64,000 bases of DNA from an uncultured delta proteobacterium (GCA_963807225.1 CAWEAD010000005.1:646893-710892); one strand, 5' to 3'. Shown: positions 1 through 10,027, counted from the stretch's first letter. Notes: a model not told the origin generated them from the sequence alone. A program made the numbers and translations.

Positions 1-110
1 CGCTGATCACCATCATCCTGGCCGCCCTCTTCCTGAAGGAACCCCTGACCCTGAAACACTTGGCCGGCATGGCCTGCGCCCTTGTGGCCATTCTGCTATT
101 GTCTTCATAG
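1..110 (+). CDS. C-terminal fragment of an EamA/DMT-family permease (5' end lies outside the window)
   Basis: The open frame from nt 3 to TAG at 108-110 reads ...LITIILAALFLKEPLTLKHLAGMACALVAILLLSS*. This looks like the last TM helix of an EamA-type transporter. The family call rests on pattern memory only. Confidence 0.45.
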   Translation, partial: LITIILAALFLKEPLTLKHLAGMACALVAILLLSS

Positions 111-156
111 TTGGATATGGACGATTTTATAAATCAGTAAATACCGTTTAGCAGTT

Positions 157-363
157 GCCATTTCACGCCGCCGAAGTAACACCGAAGTGGCCGGAAAATA
201 CGCGTTAGCTGTCTGAGGGCCTTTAGGCCCGAGTTCTAACGCACCCGGCCGCGACCAGGAACACCCCTTAAGGGGTTATAAACTCCGGGAAGTCCCGCAA
301 AGCGGGACCAAGTGACTGGCCGGTCTTTCTTTTGGTTCGTTTTCTTTGGCCAAACAAAGAAAA
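157..363. repeat. Intergenic structured repeat, family A, copy 1 (partner at 21842-22032)
   Basis: Aligns by eye at about 70 % identity with 21842-22032: GCCAT[TC]TCACGCCGCCG[AG]AGT[AG]AC...GGCCGGAAAA...GAGGGCC-loop-GGCCCGAGTT...TTTCTTTGG..CAAACAAAGAAA. Contains hairpins GGGCC/GGCCC (217-230), CCCCTTAAGGGG (264-275) and GTCCCGC/GCGGGAC. Confidence 0.7.
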
Positions 364-403
364 TTAACATACGACACCGCAACAGATAGGTAAGGATACT
401 TAT

Positions 404-928
404 ATGCCAGAAGAGCGCATCGTACTGCTGGAGGCCGATATCACCACCTTGGTGGTGGACGGGATCGTCAACGCCGCCAACAATTCGCTGCTGGGCGGCG
501 GCGGGGTGGACGGCGCCATCCACCGGGCGGCCGGCCCGGAATTGCTGGCCGAATGCCGGACCCTCAAGGGATGTGCCACCGGCGAGGCCAAAATCACCAA
601 AGGCTACCGGCTGCCGGCCCGTTTCGTGATCCACACCGTGGGTCCGATCTGGCACGGCGGCAAACAGGGCGAGGCCGAACTCTTGGCCTCTTGCTACCGC
701 CGCTGCTTCGCGCTGGCTGCGGAACACAACCTCAAGAGCCTGGCCTTCCCGGCCATCAGTACCGGGGTCTACCGTTTTCCCAAGGAAACGGCGGCGGAGA
801 TCGCCGTCCGTGAAAGCAGCGCCGCCCTGGCGGCCCGGCCGGGACTGGAGAAGGTCATCCTGGCCTGCTTTAACACCGAGACCAGGAGGGCCTATGAAAA
901 GGCCTTGGGGATCAACTGGAATCCGTGA
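404..928 (+). CDS. ymdB: Macro-domain protein (O-acetyl-ADP-ribose deacetylase, YmdB-like)
   Basis: 174 aa. Motifs [30 protein letters not shown] and [10 protein letters not shown] closely resemble E. coli YmdB. Confidence 0.85.
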   Translation: MPEERIVLLEADITTLVVDGIVNAANNSLLGGGGVDGAIHRAAGPELLAECRTLKGCATGEAKITKGYRLPARFVIHTVGPIWHGGKQGEAELLASCYRRCFALAAEHNLKSLAFPAISTGVYRFPKETAAEIAVRESSAALAARPGLEKVILACFNTETRRAYEKALGINWNP

Positions 929-1132
929 ACTTACTTTCCCTCCCAATCCGTTATAGTGAGGCGTAAAAACTATGAAGCAAGGCGATTGCCCGAAGCCATT
1001 GATTACTCGGTTACTCTCGCAACAACGGTCATGGCCGATCTTTCGTTATTGCGAGGTGCATGGCGACGAAGCAGATCATAGCGAAGACTTCGATCTGTTT
1101 ACCAAATATGGCTTAACCGACCAGAAACCCAA

Positions 1133-1870
1133 ATGCCCGTCACCGTAATCCTCCACGACGACCTGTCCGCGCTTACCGCCGGCCATAGCCGCCGGCCCCG
1201 GCCCCTGGTGCTGGAGCTGACCCGACGCACCTCGGTCAAGGATTTCCTGGAGGCGTTGGGCATCCCCCATACCGAGATCCACCGACTGACCATCAACGAG
1301 CTCGAGGCGGATTTTTCGGCCATCGTCGAAGCCAATGATCTGATCGCAGCCTTCGGCCCCCCGGTGCCGGTGGATCTCACCGTGCCGACCCGCCTGCGAC
1401 CCGACCCGCTTACCGCGCTCCGCTTCGCGGCCGACGCCAACGTCGGCCGGCTGGCCGAGCTCTTGCGCTTGGCCGGCTTCGATGTCTTTTACCAGCGAGA
1501 CCTGCCCGACCGGGAACTGGCCGAACTGGTGAGCCGGGAGCAGCGGCTGCTGCTGACCCGCGACCTGGCCCTGCTGAAGAGAAAGGAGGTGCTCTTCGGC
1601 CGCCTGGTTCGGGCCTCGGAGCCTTACGCCCAGCTCCGGGAGATCGTCGCTCTGTACGGCCTGGCCGAGTCGATCCAGCCCTTAAGCCGCTGCCTGCACT
1701 GCAATAGCGTCTTACTGCCGGTGGCCAAGGAGGAGATCATCGAGCGGTTGGAACCACTGACCAAAAAATATTACAACGAATTCAAGCTCTGCCCGGAATG
1801 CCGGCGGATTTATTGGGCCGGCTCGCATCAGCACAGGATTCTGGCAAATCTGGAGAAACTGCGAAAATGA
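1133..1870 (+). CDS. Mut7-C RNase-domain protein (PIN-like domain plus zinc ribbon) with an N-terminal ubiquitin-like Mut7-C domain
   Basis: 245 aa. Contains DANVGRLAELLRLAGFDV...LLTRD and a C-terminal CLHCN...CPECRRIYWAGSH zinc ribbon. Confidence 0.7.
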   Translation: MPVTVILHDDLSALTAGHSRRPRPLVLELTRRTSVKDFLEALGIPHTEIHRLTINELEADFSAIVEANDLIAAFGPPVPVDLTVPTRLRPDPLTALRFAADANVGRLAELLRLAGFDVFYQRDLPDRELAELVSREQRLLLTRDLALLKRKEVLFGRLVRASEPYAQLREIVALYGLAESIQPLSRCLHCNSVLLPVAKEEIIERLEPLTKKYYNEFKLCPECRRIYWAGSHQHRILANLEKLRK

Positions 1871-2772
1871 ATAGCGAAGTTACCACCATTATCGACCCGG
1901 GAAAATGCAACGGCTGCGGGCTCTGCGTCAGCGTCTGCCCGGACCGCACCATCAGCATGGAGGAAGGTCGGGCGGCGGTCACCGGTGAGCGCTGCTTCCA
2001 ATGCGGCCACTGCCTGGCGGTCTGTCCGACCGGGGCGGTGCGGGTTGGCGCCATCGAGCCGGAGAGCCTCAGATTCAAGACCTTTGAGCTGGAGCAGCGC
2101 TGGCTGCCTTGGGGCGAGTTCGATCCCGCCCTGCTGGTCCGGCTCCTGGCCTCACGTCGCTCCTGTCGCAATTACCAAAGCAAACCGGTGAGCCGCGACC
2201 TGCTGCTGGACCTGGTCAAGGCCGGCACCACCGCGCCCTCCGGCACCAACAGCCAGAAGTGGACCTTCACCATCCTGGAACACCGGGAACAGGTTGAGAA
2301 GCTGGGCAGTCGGATCGCCGGTTTTTTTGCCAGACTGAATCGGCTGGCGGCCAATCCCGCCGCCCGCCTCTTCTCCAGGCTTTTCGGCGGCGATGCTCTT
2401 GGCAAGTACTATCGGGGCTACCATCAATCAATCGAGGAAGGTTTAAAGGAATGGCGGGAGGCAGGACGCGACCTGCTCTTCCATGGCGCCCCGGCGGTAA
2501 TCGTGGTGGGCAGCGCCCCGGGCGCCAGTTGCCCGGCCGAGGACGCCCTGTTGGCCAGCCAGAACATCCTGCTCACCGCCCATGCCCTGGGACTGGGCAG
2601 CTGCCTGATCGGTTTCGCGGTGGCGGCGATGGAGCGGGACCCGGCAATCCAGGCCTCGCTCGGTATTCCCGGGGAGGAAAAGGTCTATGCGGTGATCGCC
2701 CTGGGCTGGCCGGCCGAAAAGTACCAGCGATTAACCGGCCGCAAACAGGCCCTAATCCGCTTCGTTGCCTGA
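1867..2772 (+). CDS. Ferredoxin-domain (2x[4Fe-4S]) / nitroreductase-family fusion protein
   Basis: I place the start at ATG 1867, which overlaps the upstream stop (ATGA), rather than at the ORF-track start 1798. Contains CNGCGLCVSVCP and CFQCGHCLAVCP followed by a nitroreductase fold (RRSCRNY...TTAPSGTNSQKW). Confidence 0.8.
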   Translation: MNSEVTTIIDPGKCNGCGLCVSVCPDRTISMEEGRAAVTGERCFQCGHCLAVCPTGAVRVGAIEPESLRFKTFELEQRWLPWGEFDPALLVRLLASRRSCRNYQSKPVSRDLLLDLVKAGTTAPSGTNSQKWTFTILEHREQVEKLGSRIAGFFARLNRLAANPAARLFSRLFGGDALGKYYRGYHQSIEEGLKEWREAGRDLLFHGAPAVIVVGSAPGASCPAEDALLASQNILLTAHALGLGSCLIGFAVAAMERDPAIQASLGIPGEEKVYAVIALGWPAEKYQRLTGRKQALIRFVA

Positions 2773-2868
2773 AAAATCTGTTCAGCACCAAGAGCGCAGA
2801 GACCATCAAGTACTTCTTTTTAAAAGCACTTATCCTCTGTGCTCCCTGTGCCCTCAATGGTAAATTGA

Positions 2869-3537
2869 TTAATGCTCTACCCCAACACCGCTGCCTTGAC
2901 GGCCTCCAGTGCCCAGCCGCTCGACCATCCGGGCGGTGCGTTCCTTCTTCTTGCCGTTGGCCCGGTAGAACTCCACCAGTTTGTCGATCAGAGCGACAGC
3001 CTGCTCATCCTCCAGTCCCTCGCCCATGACGTCGGCCACCCGGGGGCGGCCGCCGGAGTTGCCGCCGAAGGTGACGATCCAGCCGCTCCGCTTGCCGATC
3101 AGGCCGATGTCGCGGACATAGCCTTCCGAACAGGTCATCGGGCAGCCCGAGACTCCGATCTTCAGTTTGGCCGGCAGCTCCACCCCCAGGTAGCGTTGCT
3201 CCAGAAGCTGGCCCATACCCAGCGAATCGCGCACCCCCAGACTGCAGACCGTATTGCCGGGGCAGGCCTGGACGTAATGCAGGCAAAGCTCAAGGGCCCG
3301 GCCGATGCCGGCGCTCAGTTCGGCCCGGATCGCCTCGATTTCCTCTTTCTTCACCCCGACCAGGGCCAAGCGGTGGCCGGAGGTGATCTTGGTGATGGGG
3401 ATGTTGTGCTTACGGACCACTCGGGCCAGGTTTTCCAGGAACTCCGGGGTCAAAAGCCCGGCCGGAGTGCGGGGCACGATGGCCCAGGTTTCCTTGTCGC
3501 GTTGCAGGATGGCGCCATCGGGTTTTTCTTCGGTCAT
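2869..3537 (-). CDS. Small nitrite/sulfite-reductase-like siroheme-[4Fe-4S] protein (low-molecular-weight assimilatory-type SiR-like)
   Basis: 222 aa. The Cys pattern C-x5-C (CPGNTVC) ... C-x3-C (CPMTC) is typical of the siroheme/[4Fe-4S] site. A GGAGG Shine-Dalgarno sequence precedes the ATG. Confidence 0.7.
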   Translation of the reverse strand: MTEEKPDGAILQRDKETWAIVPRTPAGLLTPEFLENLARVVRKHNIPITKITSGHRLALVGVKKEEIEAIRAELSAGIGRALELCLHYVQACPGNTVCSLGVRDSLGMGQLLEQRYLGVELPAKLKIGVSGCPMTCSEGYVRDIGLIGKRSGWIVTFGGNSGGRPRVADVMGEGLEDEQAVALIDKLVEFYRANGKKKERTARMVERLGTGGRQGSGVGVEH

Positions 3538-3562
3538 GGTCTACACCTCCAATTTCATAAAT

Positions 3563-4813
3563 TTAACCCGCCTGGGCGGATATTTTCTTTAATGCCGCAA
3601 GCCGCTTGATCAACGGTGGGTGGGAATAGTGCAATAAAACGTAAAACGGATGCGGCGTCAAATTGCTCAGGTTGTGGACCGAGAGTTTTTTCAAGGCCTC
3701 GGCCAACCCGGTCGGATCGCCGGTCTCGACTGCGGCAAAGCGGTCGGCCTCGAACTCGTGCCGCCGGGAGAGATACTGCAGGAAAGGATTCAGTGCCATC
3801 TCCAGGGGCGTGAACAGCAGGCCGAAGAAGATCAGGCCGGTATAGATCGAGGGTTCGGACAAGCCGAAGGCACTGTAGAGTTTCTCCTGGCCCAGGAAAA
3901 AAGAGAGCAGCCAGAGCAGCACTCCGCTATGGACCAGACTGAGCAGCATCCCTTTCAGAACATGTTTCTTTTTATAGTGGCCGATCTCATGGGCCAGCAC
4001 CCCGACCAGTTCCGGAACCGTGTGTTTCTCGACCAGAGTATCGAACAAGGCGATGCGCCGATGGCGGCCGAAGCCGGTAAAAAAGGCATTGGACTTGCCG
4101 GAACGTTTGGAGCCATCCATGACGAAGACGTTATCCAGGGGAAAGCCGACCTTCTCGGCGAAGAGGAAGATCTTCCGTCGCAACTCCCCATCTGCCAGAG
4201 GGGTGAACTTGTTGAACAACGGCATGATCCAGGTCGGGGCAATAAACTGGACGAAGAGGGTGAAAAGGCTGACCGCGCCCCAGACCCAGAGCCAGGCCAG
4301 CGCCCCGGTTTTATCGAAAAGGGCCAGGACCGCCGCCAACAGCGGCCCGCCCAGCAAAAGTGCCAACGCCAGGCCCTTGAACAGGTCACCGACAAAAGTG
4401 GCCGGTTTGGTGCGGTTGAACCCGAACCGCTCCTCGATAACGAAGGTCGAGTAAACCTTGAAGGGCAGAGAAAGCACCTCCTTGGCCAACAGCAGCAACC
4501 CAAAGAAGAGCAGGCCACGAAACACCACCCCGTCGGCCCAGCCCCGCACCAGCTGGTCGAGCCAGGCGAAACCGCCAGCCCACCAAAAGAGCAGCAGCAC
4601 AGCAAGGTCGAAGGTACCGGTCAGCATCCCGAAGCGAGTGCGAACCCGGGTGTACTCCTGGGAGCGGGCGTATTCGGCCGGGTCATAGAGATCGGCCAGG
4701 CCGGCCGGCGGCTGGGACCGCAGGGCCCGGAGATTAAGCCAGTCGGCCAGACCTTCCAGCAGAAAATTGGCCAGCAGGGCAGCCAGGATTATGACACCGT
4801 ATAGATTCATCAT
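3563..4813 (-). CDS. M48-family zinc metalloprotease (Ste24/CAAX-prenyl-protease-1-like), integral membrane
   Basis: 416 aa with several N-terminal TM helices, an HEIGH zinc motif (VLAHEIGHYKKKH) and a C-terminal EFEADRFA. Confidence 0.85.
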   Translation of the reverse strand: MMNLYGVIILAALLANFLLEGLADWLNLRALRSQPPAGLADLYDPAEYARSQEYTRVRTRFGMLTGTFDLAVLLLFWWAGGFAWLDQLVRGWADGVVFRGLLFFGLLLLAKEVLSLPFKVYSTFVIEERFGFNRTKPATFVGDLFKGLALALLLGGPLLAAVLALFDKTGALAWLWVWGAVSLFTLFVQFIAPTWIMPLFNKFTPLADGELRRKIFLFAEKVGFPLDNVFVMDGSKRSGKSNAFFTGFGRHRRIALFDTLVEKHTVPELVGVLAHEIGHYKKKHVLKGMLLSLVHSGVLLWLLSFFLGQEKLYSAFGLSEPSIYTGLIFFGLLFTPLEMALNPFLQYLSRRHEFEADRFAAVETGDPTGLAEALKKLSVHNLSNLTPHPFYVLLHYSHPPLIKRLAALKKISAQAG

Positions 4814-5083
4814 TGGTCAATATTTTCCGAGATTCATTGAGCCCTGGTCTGGTTACGATCGAAAGAAAATGATTCGTCGTTCCTCTGCGCCAGGACGGCA
4901 GGGTAGCGAAAGCCATGGCGAGCGAGCGCAGATAGCGCGACAACCCTTCCCTTGGTTTCGACCGAAAGCTATTCTGCTTAATCCGACCACCCGGGAATGT
5001 CAACATTGACAGCACCGGCAAAGCGTTGTCAATTAAGCCCATTCTTACCGTGATTCATTCGATAATATCCGGAACCGACCAAG

Positions 5084-6760
5084 ATGAAAATCAAGCTCGT
5101 GGCCTTCAACGGCCGCTATATCCACTCCTGCCTGGCCCTCTTTTATGTCCGGGAAGAGTTGCACCGCCGGCTGCCGGAAGTCGAGGTGGAGTTACGCCAG
5201 TTCACCATCAACGATCCCTATTACCAAACCCTTTTGAAAATCAGTGCCGGCGCCCCCGAAGTGGTGATGTTCTCGGTCTATATCTGGAACTCCGAACTGA
5301 TCATGAGACTGCTGGGCGATCTGGCCCGGGTGCTGCCGGAAAGCAGTTTTGTCCTGGGGGGTCCCCAGATTGCCGCCTTGGCTCCCTCAACCCTGCCCCC
5401 CCGCACCACCTTGGTGGCCGGTGAAGTCGAAGGGTTGCCGGCGATTTTCTATGCCGACCTGCACCACCGGCGCCTGGCTCCCGGCTACCGGGGCGCCGGT
5501 GGTCAACCTTTTCCCTCCCCATACCGGGCCGAAGATCTGGCCGGCGAGCTGCGCAACCGTCATATCTATTACGAATCAGCCCGGGGCTGCCCCTTCGCCT
5601 GCAGCTATTGTCTCTCTTCGCTGGAGCGGGGTGTGACCTGGAAGGAAATAGAGGCGGTGCAGGCGGAACTGACCGCCATTCTGGCCCACCGCCCCAAAAT
5701 GATCAAGTTCGTCGATCGGACCTTCAACGCCCGGCCCGAAAGAGCCCTGGCCCTCTGGCACTTTCTGCGCGAGACGGCCGGGGAGACGGTCTGCCACTTC
5801 GAAATGGCCCCCGACCTGTTTAACGAGGAGATGTTCGAGTTTCTTGCCGGGTTGTTACCCGGCCGCTTCCAGTTCGAGCTGGGCATCCAGTCCACCAATC
5901 CGGCCACCCTGGCGGCCGTAAATCGGATCATGGACCTGGAGAAAGTCGGCGAAAATATCCGCCGACTGGCCGCCTTGAACAACATCCACCTGCATGCCGA
6001 CCTGATCCTGGGCTTGCCCGGTGACCGCGAGGAATCCTGCCGCCGCTCGCTCAGCCAGGTCTTCGCCATGGGACCGCACCATATCCAGATGGGTCTCCTG
6101 AAGGTTCTGCCGGAAACCGCCGTCGGCGCCACCCCCGGCCTGCTCCACGCAAACCGGCCGCCTTACGAGGTCATGGCTACCGCCGACCTCGACCACCCGA
6201 CCTTAAGCCGCCTATACTGGCTGGGTGAAGGGGTCGAAGCCTTTTACAACAACCGCTATTTCCCCACCTTTTTCGCCCACCTGCGAAAGCAGGGCGAAGA
6301 AATCGCCGCCTTCTTCGATGAGTTGCTGGCAGTCTGCCAGTCCCATGATTTTTTCAGCCGGGCCACCACCCAGGAGCTGCTCACCGGGCTGCTGGCCGAA
6401 CTGGTGCAAAACCGGACCGATGGTCCGCTGCTCCTTGAGATCCTCCGCTATGACTGGCTGCGCTGCGGTCACCGCTTTCTGCCGCCCGGCCTGGGGAAGA
6501 GCGATTTGGCCGAACGGGCCCGGGAACTGTCCCGAAGCCTGCCGCCCAATCTGGAGCCCCTGTATGATTACCGAAGCCGCAGCGAGTTCCTCAAACGGAA
6601 TGCCTTCAGCCGCTTTTCTGCCGAAGCTCTGCGGGTTTTCGGTTGGCCTACCCCGACGGATGGCGGGCTGGTCGCCTTCCTGACCGAACGGGAAGAAAGT
6701 CTGCACCACCACCAGAAAACCCTCCTGCTGCCCGAACTGATCAGGAATGCCGGGGACTAA
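5084..6760 (+). CDS. B12-binding-domain radical SAM protein (DUF4080-type C-terminus)
   Basis: 558 aa. The N-terminal B12-binding-like region is followed by the CxxxCxxC motif (CPFACSYC). The long C-terminal extension is typical of the DUF4080 subgroup. Confidence 0.75.
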   Translation: MKIKLVAFNGRYIHSCLALFYVREELHRRLPEVEVELRQFTINDPYYQTLLKISAGAPEVVMFSVYIWNSELIMRLLGDLARVLPESSFVLGGPQIAALAPSTLPPRTTLVAGEVEGLPAIFYADLHHRRLAPGYRGAGGQPFPSPYRAEDLAGELRNRHIYYESARGCPFACSYCLSSLERGVTWKEIEAVQAELTAILAHRPKMIKFVDRTFNARPERALALWHFLRETAGETVCHFEMAPDLFNEEMFEFLAGLLPGRFQFELGIQSTNPATLAAVNRIMDLEKVGENIRRLAALNNIHLHADLILGLPGDREESCRRSLSQVFAMGPHHIQMGLLKVLPETAVGATPGLLHANRPPYEVMATADLDHPTLSRLYWLGEGVEAFYNNRYFPTFFAHLRKQGEEIAAFFDELLAVCQSHDFFSRATTQELLTGLLAELVQNRTDGPLLLEILRYDWLRCGHRFLPPGLGKSDLAERARELSRSLPPNLEPLYDYRSRSEFLKRNAFSRFSAEALRVFGWPTPTDGGLVAFLTEREESLHHHQKTLLLPELIRNAGD

Positions 6761-6951
6761 GCATCTGAGGCAAACCGCAGTGGCAGTTTTAGCTTGGCGT
6801 CTTCGGTCTCGCCTCCCCACCCGGTTACCGCCCTCCCGGAACTTCACCTAACAACCTGGAATGGCAACACATTTATTTTATCTTGCCATTAATTCAAACG
6901 TTTGTTTTAATGTCGCTCGACCTCGTCATCCAGTTAATATTAGGTGGAGTC

Positions 6952-7791
6952 ATGCAGATCAGCGAACATGTGCATCTGGTAAAGGTTTCTTTCCAGGTTC
7001 CGATTAGCCCCGACCAACAGCTTGACCGGATCGTCAATCTCTTTCTGATTTACGGAACCAACTCGGTCTTCCTGGTGGACAGCGGAGTGGCCGGCGCGGA
7101 AAAACAGATCCTCGACTACCTGACCGCCAGCGGTCGACAGCCTCAGGATCTGCAACTCCTGATCCTGACCCATGCGCATCCGGACCACATCGGCGCGGCG
7201 GCGAAGCTCCAGGCCTTAACCGGCTGCCGGGTCGCAGCCCATCCGGCCGCCCGCCCCTGGATCGAAGACACCGAGCGCCAGGCGGCCGACCGACCGGTGC
7301 CCGGTTTCCATAAGCTGGTGGCGGGGCCGGTTAAGGTCGACCAGCTCTTGCACGATGGGGAGCGGTTGGAACTGGACGAGCTGGCCCTGGAAGTGCTGCA
7401 TACCCCGGGCCATTCCTCCGGCTCGATTTCCCTGCATCTGCCCCAGGATCGGGTGCTGTTCTGCGGCGATGCCGTGCCAATGCCCGGTGACCTGCCGATC
7501 TTCACCAATTGGCAGGCCTCGATAGACTCTCTGGAGCGTCTACGGCAAGTCCCCGGGGTCGAACATCTGCTTTCGGCCTGGGATCTGCCGCGCCAGGGGG
7601 CAGAAATTGCAACCGCTTTGGACTTGGGCCGGAACTGGCTCCACCTGATCAAGGAAGCGGTGGAGGAAGAAACCCTGCTCCTGCAACCCCGCGAACCCCT
7701 GGCCCTCTGTCAGGGGGTGGTCAAGCGCCTGGGCTTGCCGGCAGTTGCCGTCAATCCCCTCGTTGCTCGCTCCTTCGCCGGCTGCCTGTAA
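6952..7791 (+). CDS. MBL-fold metallo-hydrolase
   Basis: Contains the HAHPDH motif plus HTPGHS. I place the start at ATG 6952, preceded by AGGTGGAG (6942-6949), rather than at 6883. Confidence 0.8.
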   Translation: MQISEHVHLVKVSFQVPISPDQQLDRIVNLFLIYGTNSVFLVDSGVAGAEKQILDYLTASGRQPQDLQLLILTHAHPDHIGAAAKLQALTGCRVAAHPAARPWIEDTERQAADRPVPGFHKLVAGPVKVDQLLHDGERLELDELALEVLHTPGHSSGSISLHLPQDRVLFCGDAVPMPGDLPIFTNWQASIDSLERLRQVPGVEHLLSAWDLPRQGAEIATALDLGRNWLHLIKEAVEEETLLLQPREPLALCQGVVKRLGLPAVAVNPLVARSFAGCL

Positions 7792-7928
7792 GGGGCCAAG
7801 CCATGCAGGGGGAACGGATTATTCTTCTCGCTCACCACCTCCGAGCAAATCGTTCACGCAAATAAGCGGCATGACAAACAAATTCTGGCCGAAGCAACCA
7901 CGGCAATCCTAAACGGAAAAACCTACCC

Positions 7929-8561
7929 ATGAGCCAAATCGATACCAAAGAAAGCATCCTCGACCAGGCCGAGGCCCTTTTCGCCGAAAAGGGTTACAAA
8001 GCCACTTCGTTGCGGCAGATCACCGCCGCCGCCGGGGCCAACCTGGCTGCGGTCAGCTACCACTTCGGCTCCAAGGAGGGGCTGGTCGCCGCCGTCATCG
8101 GTCGCCGACTGATACCCCTGAACGACCAGCGCCGCCAACGTCTTGAAGAAGTGCTGACCAGGGCCGAAACCGAGGGCAGGACCCCGGCGGTCTCTGAAGT
8201 GTTGCTGGCCTTCATCGAGCCGACCCTGCTGTTGCCCGAGTCGGCCGCCGGGGCCAGAAACTTCGTCACCCTGATCGGTCGCGCCATGGCCGATACCGAC
8301 CAGACCGCCCGGCAAATCTTCATCCGGCATATGGGCCCGATTATCCAGCTTTTCCATGATGCCCTGGCCCAGGCCCTGCCGACATTGCCGGCCGACGTCC
8401 TTTACTGGCGGCTTAATTTCGTGATCGGCGCCCTCAGTCATACCATGCGGGCCATAGACCAATGTCCGCTGCCCATGGCCGGGGCCAAGGCTCGGAACGC
8501 CAGGCAGCTGGTCGACTTGCTGCTGCCGTTCCTGAGCGCCGGGATGGAGGCTAACCTGTGA
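7929..8561 (+). CDS. TetR/AcrR-family transcriptional regulator
   Basis: N-terminal helix-turn-helix ILDQAEALFAEKGYKATSLRQITAAAGANLAAVSYHFGSKEGL. It is the first gene of the efflux operon and overlaps the next gene (GTGA). Confidence 0.85.
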   Translation: MSQIDTKESILDQAEALFAEKGYKATSLRQITAAAGANLAAVSYHFGSKEGLVAAVIGRRLIPLNDQRRQRLEEVLTRAETEGRTPAVSEVLLAFIEPTLLLPESAAGARNFVTLIGRAMADTDQTARQIFIRHMGPIIQLFHDALAQALPTLPADVLYWRLNFVIGALSHTMRAIDQCPLPMAGAKARNARQLVDLLLPFLSAGMEANL

Positions 8562-9958
8562 AAAAAGTCCTGCGCCTGCTGCCGGTCTTTTTGCTGACCG
8601 GCTGCTCGGTCTATCACAGCAAATTACCGTCGGAACCGGCAACCATGCCGGACAGCTTCCAGCAGTTGCCGGATACCACCACCGCTTCCTCCGCAATCTC
8701 CCGTTTCTGGGAAGATTTTCACGACCCGCGGCTGAACGATCTGGTCACCGAGGCCCTGGACGGCAATCTCGGGCTGGTCCAGGGACTGGCCCGGATCGAT
8801 CAGGCCGAGGCCCAGGTCCGGATCAGCCGGGCCTCGAAGTTACCCTATCTGAATCTCGGCGGAGCAGCCGGGTTTGACCAGCAATTGCTGAACGGCCAGG
8901 AGGTAAGCGGCAACAGTTTGCGTCTCTCCGCCGCCGCCGGGTACGAAATCGATCTCTGGGGCAAACTGGCCAGCCGCCGGCAGGCCGCCGAACTTTCCGC
9001 TTCGGCTACCCGCGCCGATCTGGCCGCTCTGCGGCTGAGCGTCGCCGCCCAAGCCACCGACTATTACTACCTGTTGGCCGAACAGCAGGCCCAGCTTGAC
9101 CTGACCGACCAGATTATCACCGCCCAGCAGGACACCATGGACCGGCTGGAGAGCCGCTATGCCGAAGGCTTAACGCCGCCACTCGATCTCTATCAGGCCC
9201 GACAGAACATTCTGGCGGCCCAATCCCAGCGGCCCGTTTACGAGGAAGGAGAAGCCCGGGCCCGCCATGCCCTGGCGGTGCTGCTGGGCCGTTACCCGTT
9301 AGCGGAAACCGCCGCCGTCCCGGTGACCCTGCCGAATTCGATCCCGGCAGTACCGGTGGGACTGCCGTCTACCCTGCTGACCAGACGGCCTGATCTGGTC
9401 GCCGCCCTCGACCGGCTGCGCGGCATCGACGCCCAGGTGGCGGCGGCGGTGGCCGATCGCTTTCCCGCCTTCAACCTGAGTGCCGGCCTGGGGTTGATTC
9501 GCAGCGATTACCTGACCTCGGTTTCCGGCCTGGTCTGGAATCTACTGCTGGACGCGGTGCAACCGGTTTTCGACCACGGTCGCCGTCAAGCCGAAGTCGC
9601 CCGCCAGGAAGCCCTGGTCCGGGAGAGCCTGGCCGCTTATCACCAGACCATCCTCAAGGCGGTCCAGGAAGTGGAAGATGGGCTTACTGCCAATACCGCC
9701 CAGGAACGCCGCCTGGTCTTGCTCGAGTCCCGGGCTACAGCGGTAGCCGCCACCCTGCGCCTGGCCGAAGACCAGTACTTCGAGGGCTTAACCGATTACC
9801 TCTCGGTGCTTACCGCCCAGAAAAATAACTTTGAAGTCCAGAGCCAGCTTCTGAGCGGCCGCCGTCAGTTGATCAGCACCCGAATCAGCCTCTGGCGCGC
9901 CCTGGGCGGCGACTGGGTCGGCCAGGATCAACCTCCGCCACTATCTAATAAGTCATAA
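8558..9958 (+). CDS. RND efflux outer-membrane factor lipoprotein (NodT family)
   Basis: 466 aa. Signal peptide with lipobox LLTGC, and two OEP-type repeats with a typical C-terminus (LWRALGGDW). Confidence 0.85.
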   Translation: MKKVLRLLPVFLLTGCSVYHSKLPSEPATMPDSFQQLPDTTTASSAISRFWEDFHDPRLNDLVTEALDGNLGLVQGLARIDQAEAQVRISRASKLPYLNLGGAAGFDQQLLNGQEVSGNSLRLSAAAGYEIDLWGKLASRRQAAELSASATRADLAALRLSVAAQATDYYYLLAEQQAQLDLTDQIITAQQDTMDRLESRYAEGLTPPLDLYQARQNILAAQSQRPVYEEGEARARHALAVLLGRYPLAETAAVPVTLPNSIPAVPVGLPSTLLTRRPDLVAALDRLRGIDAQVAAAVADRFPAFNLSAGLGLIRSDYLTSVSGLVWNLLLDAVQPVFDHGRRQAEVARQEALVRESLAAYHQTILKAVQEVEDGLTANTAQERRLVLLESRATAVAATLRLAEDQYFEGLTDYLSVLTAQKNNFEVQSQLLSGRRQLISTRISLWRALGGDWVGQDQPPPLSNKS

Positions 9959-10027
9959 TTTCGAGACCTTAGACACTTCTTCTAAATACTCCGGCATTCC
10001 GAACCGGCCACCAAAGGTGAATAAGCA

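Noticed and set aside
2773-2868. The convergent spacer between the nitroreductase and sulfite-reductase-like genes, considered as a bidirectional terminator.
   Set aside because: There is only a 9-bp stem with one mismatch and a 33-nt loop (GAGCGCAGA...TCTGTGCTC), with no U-tract. This is too weak to call.
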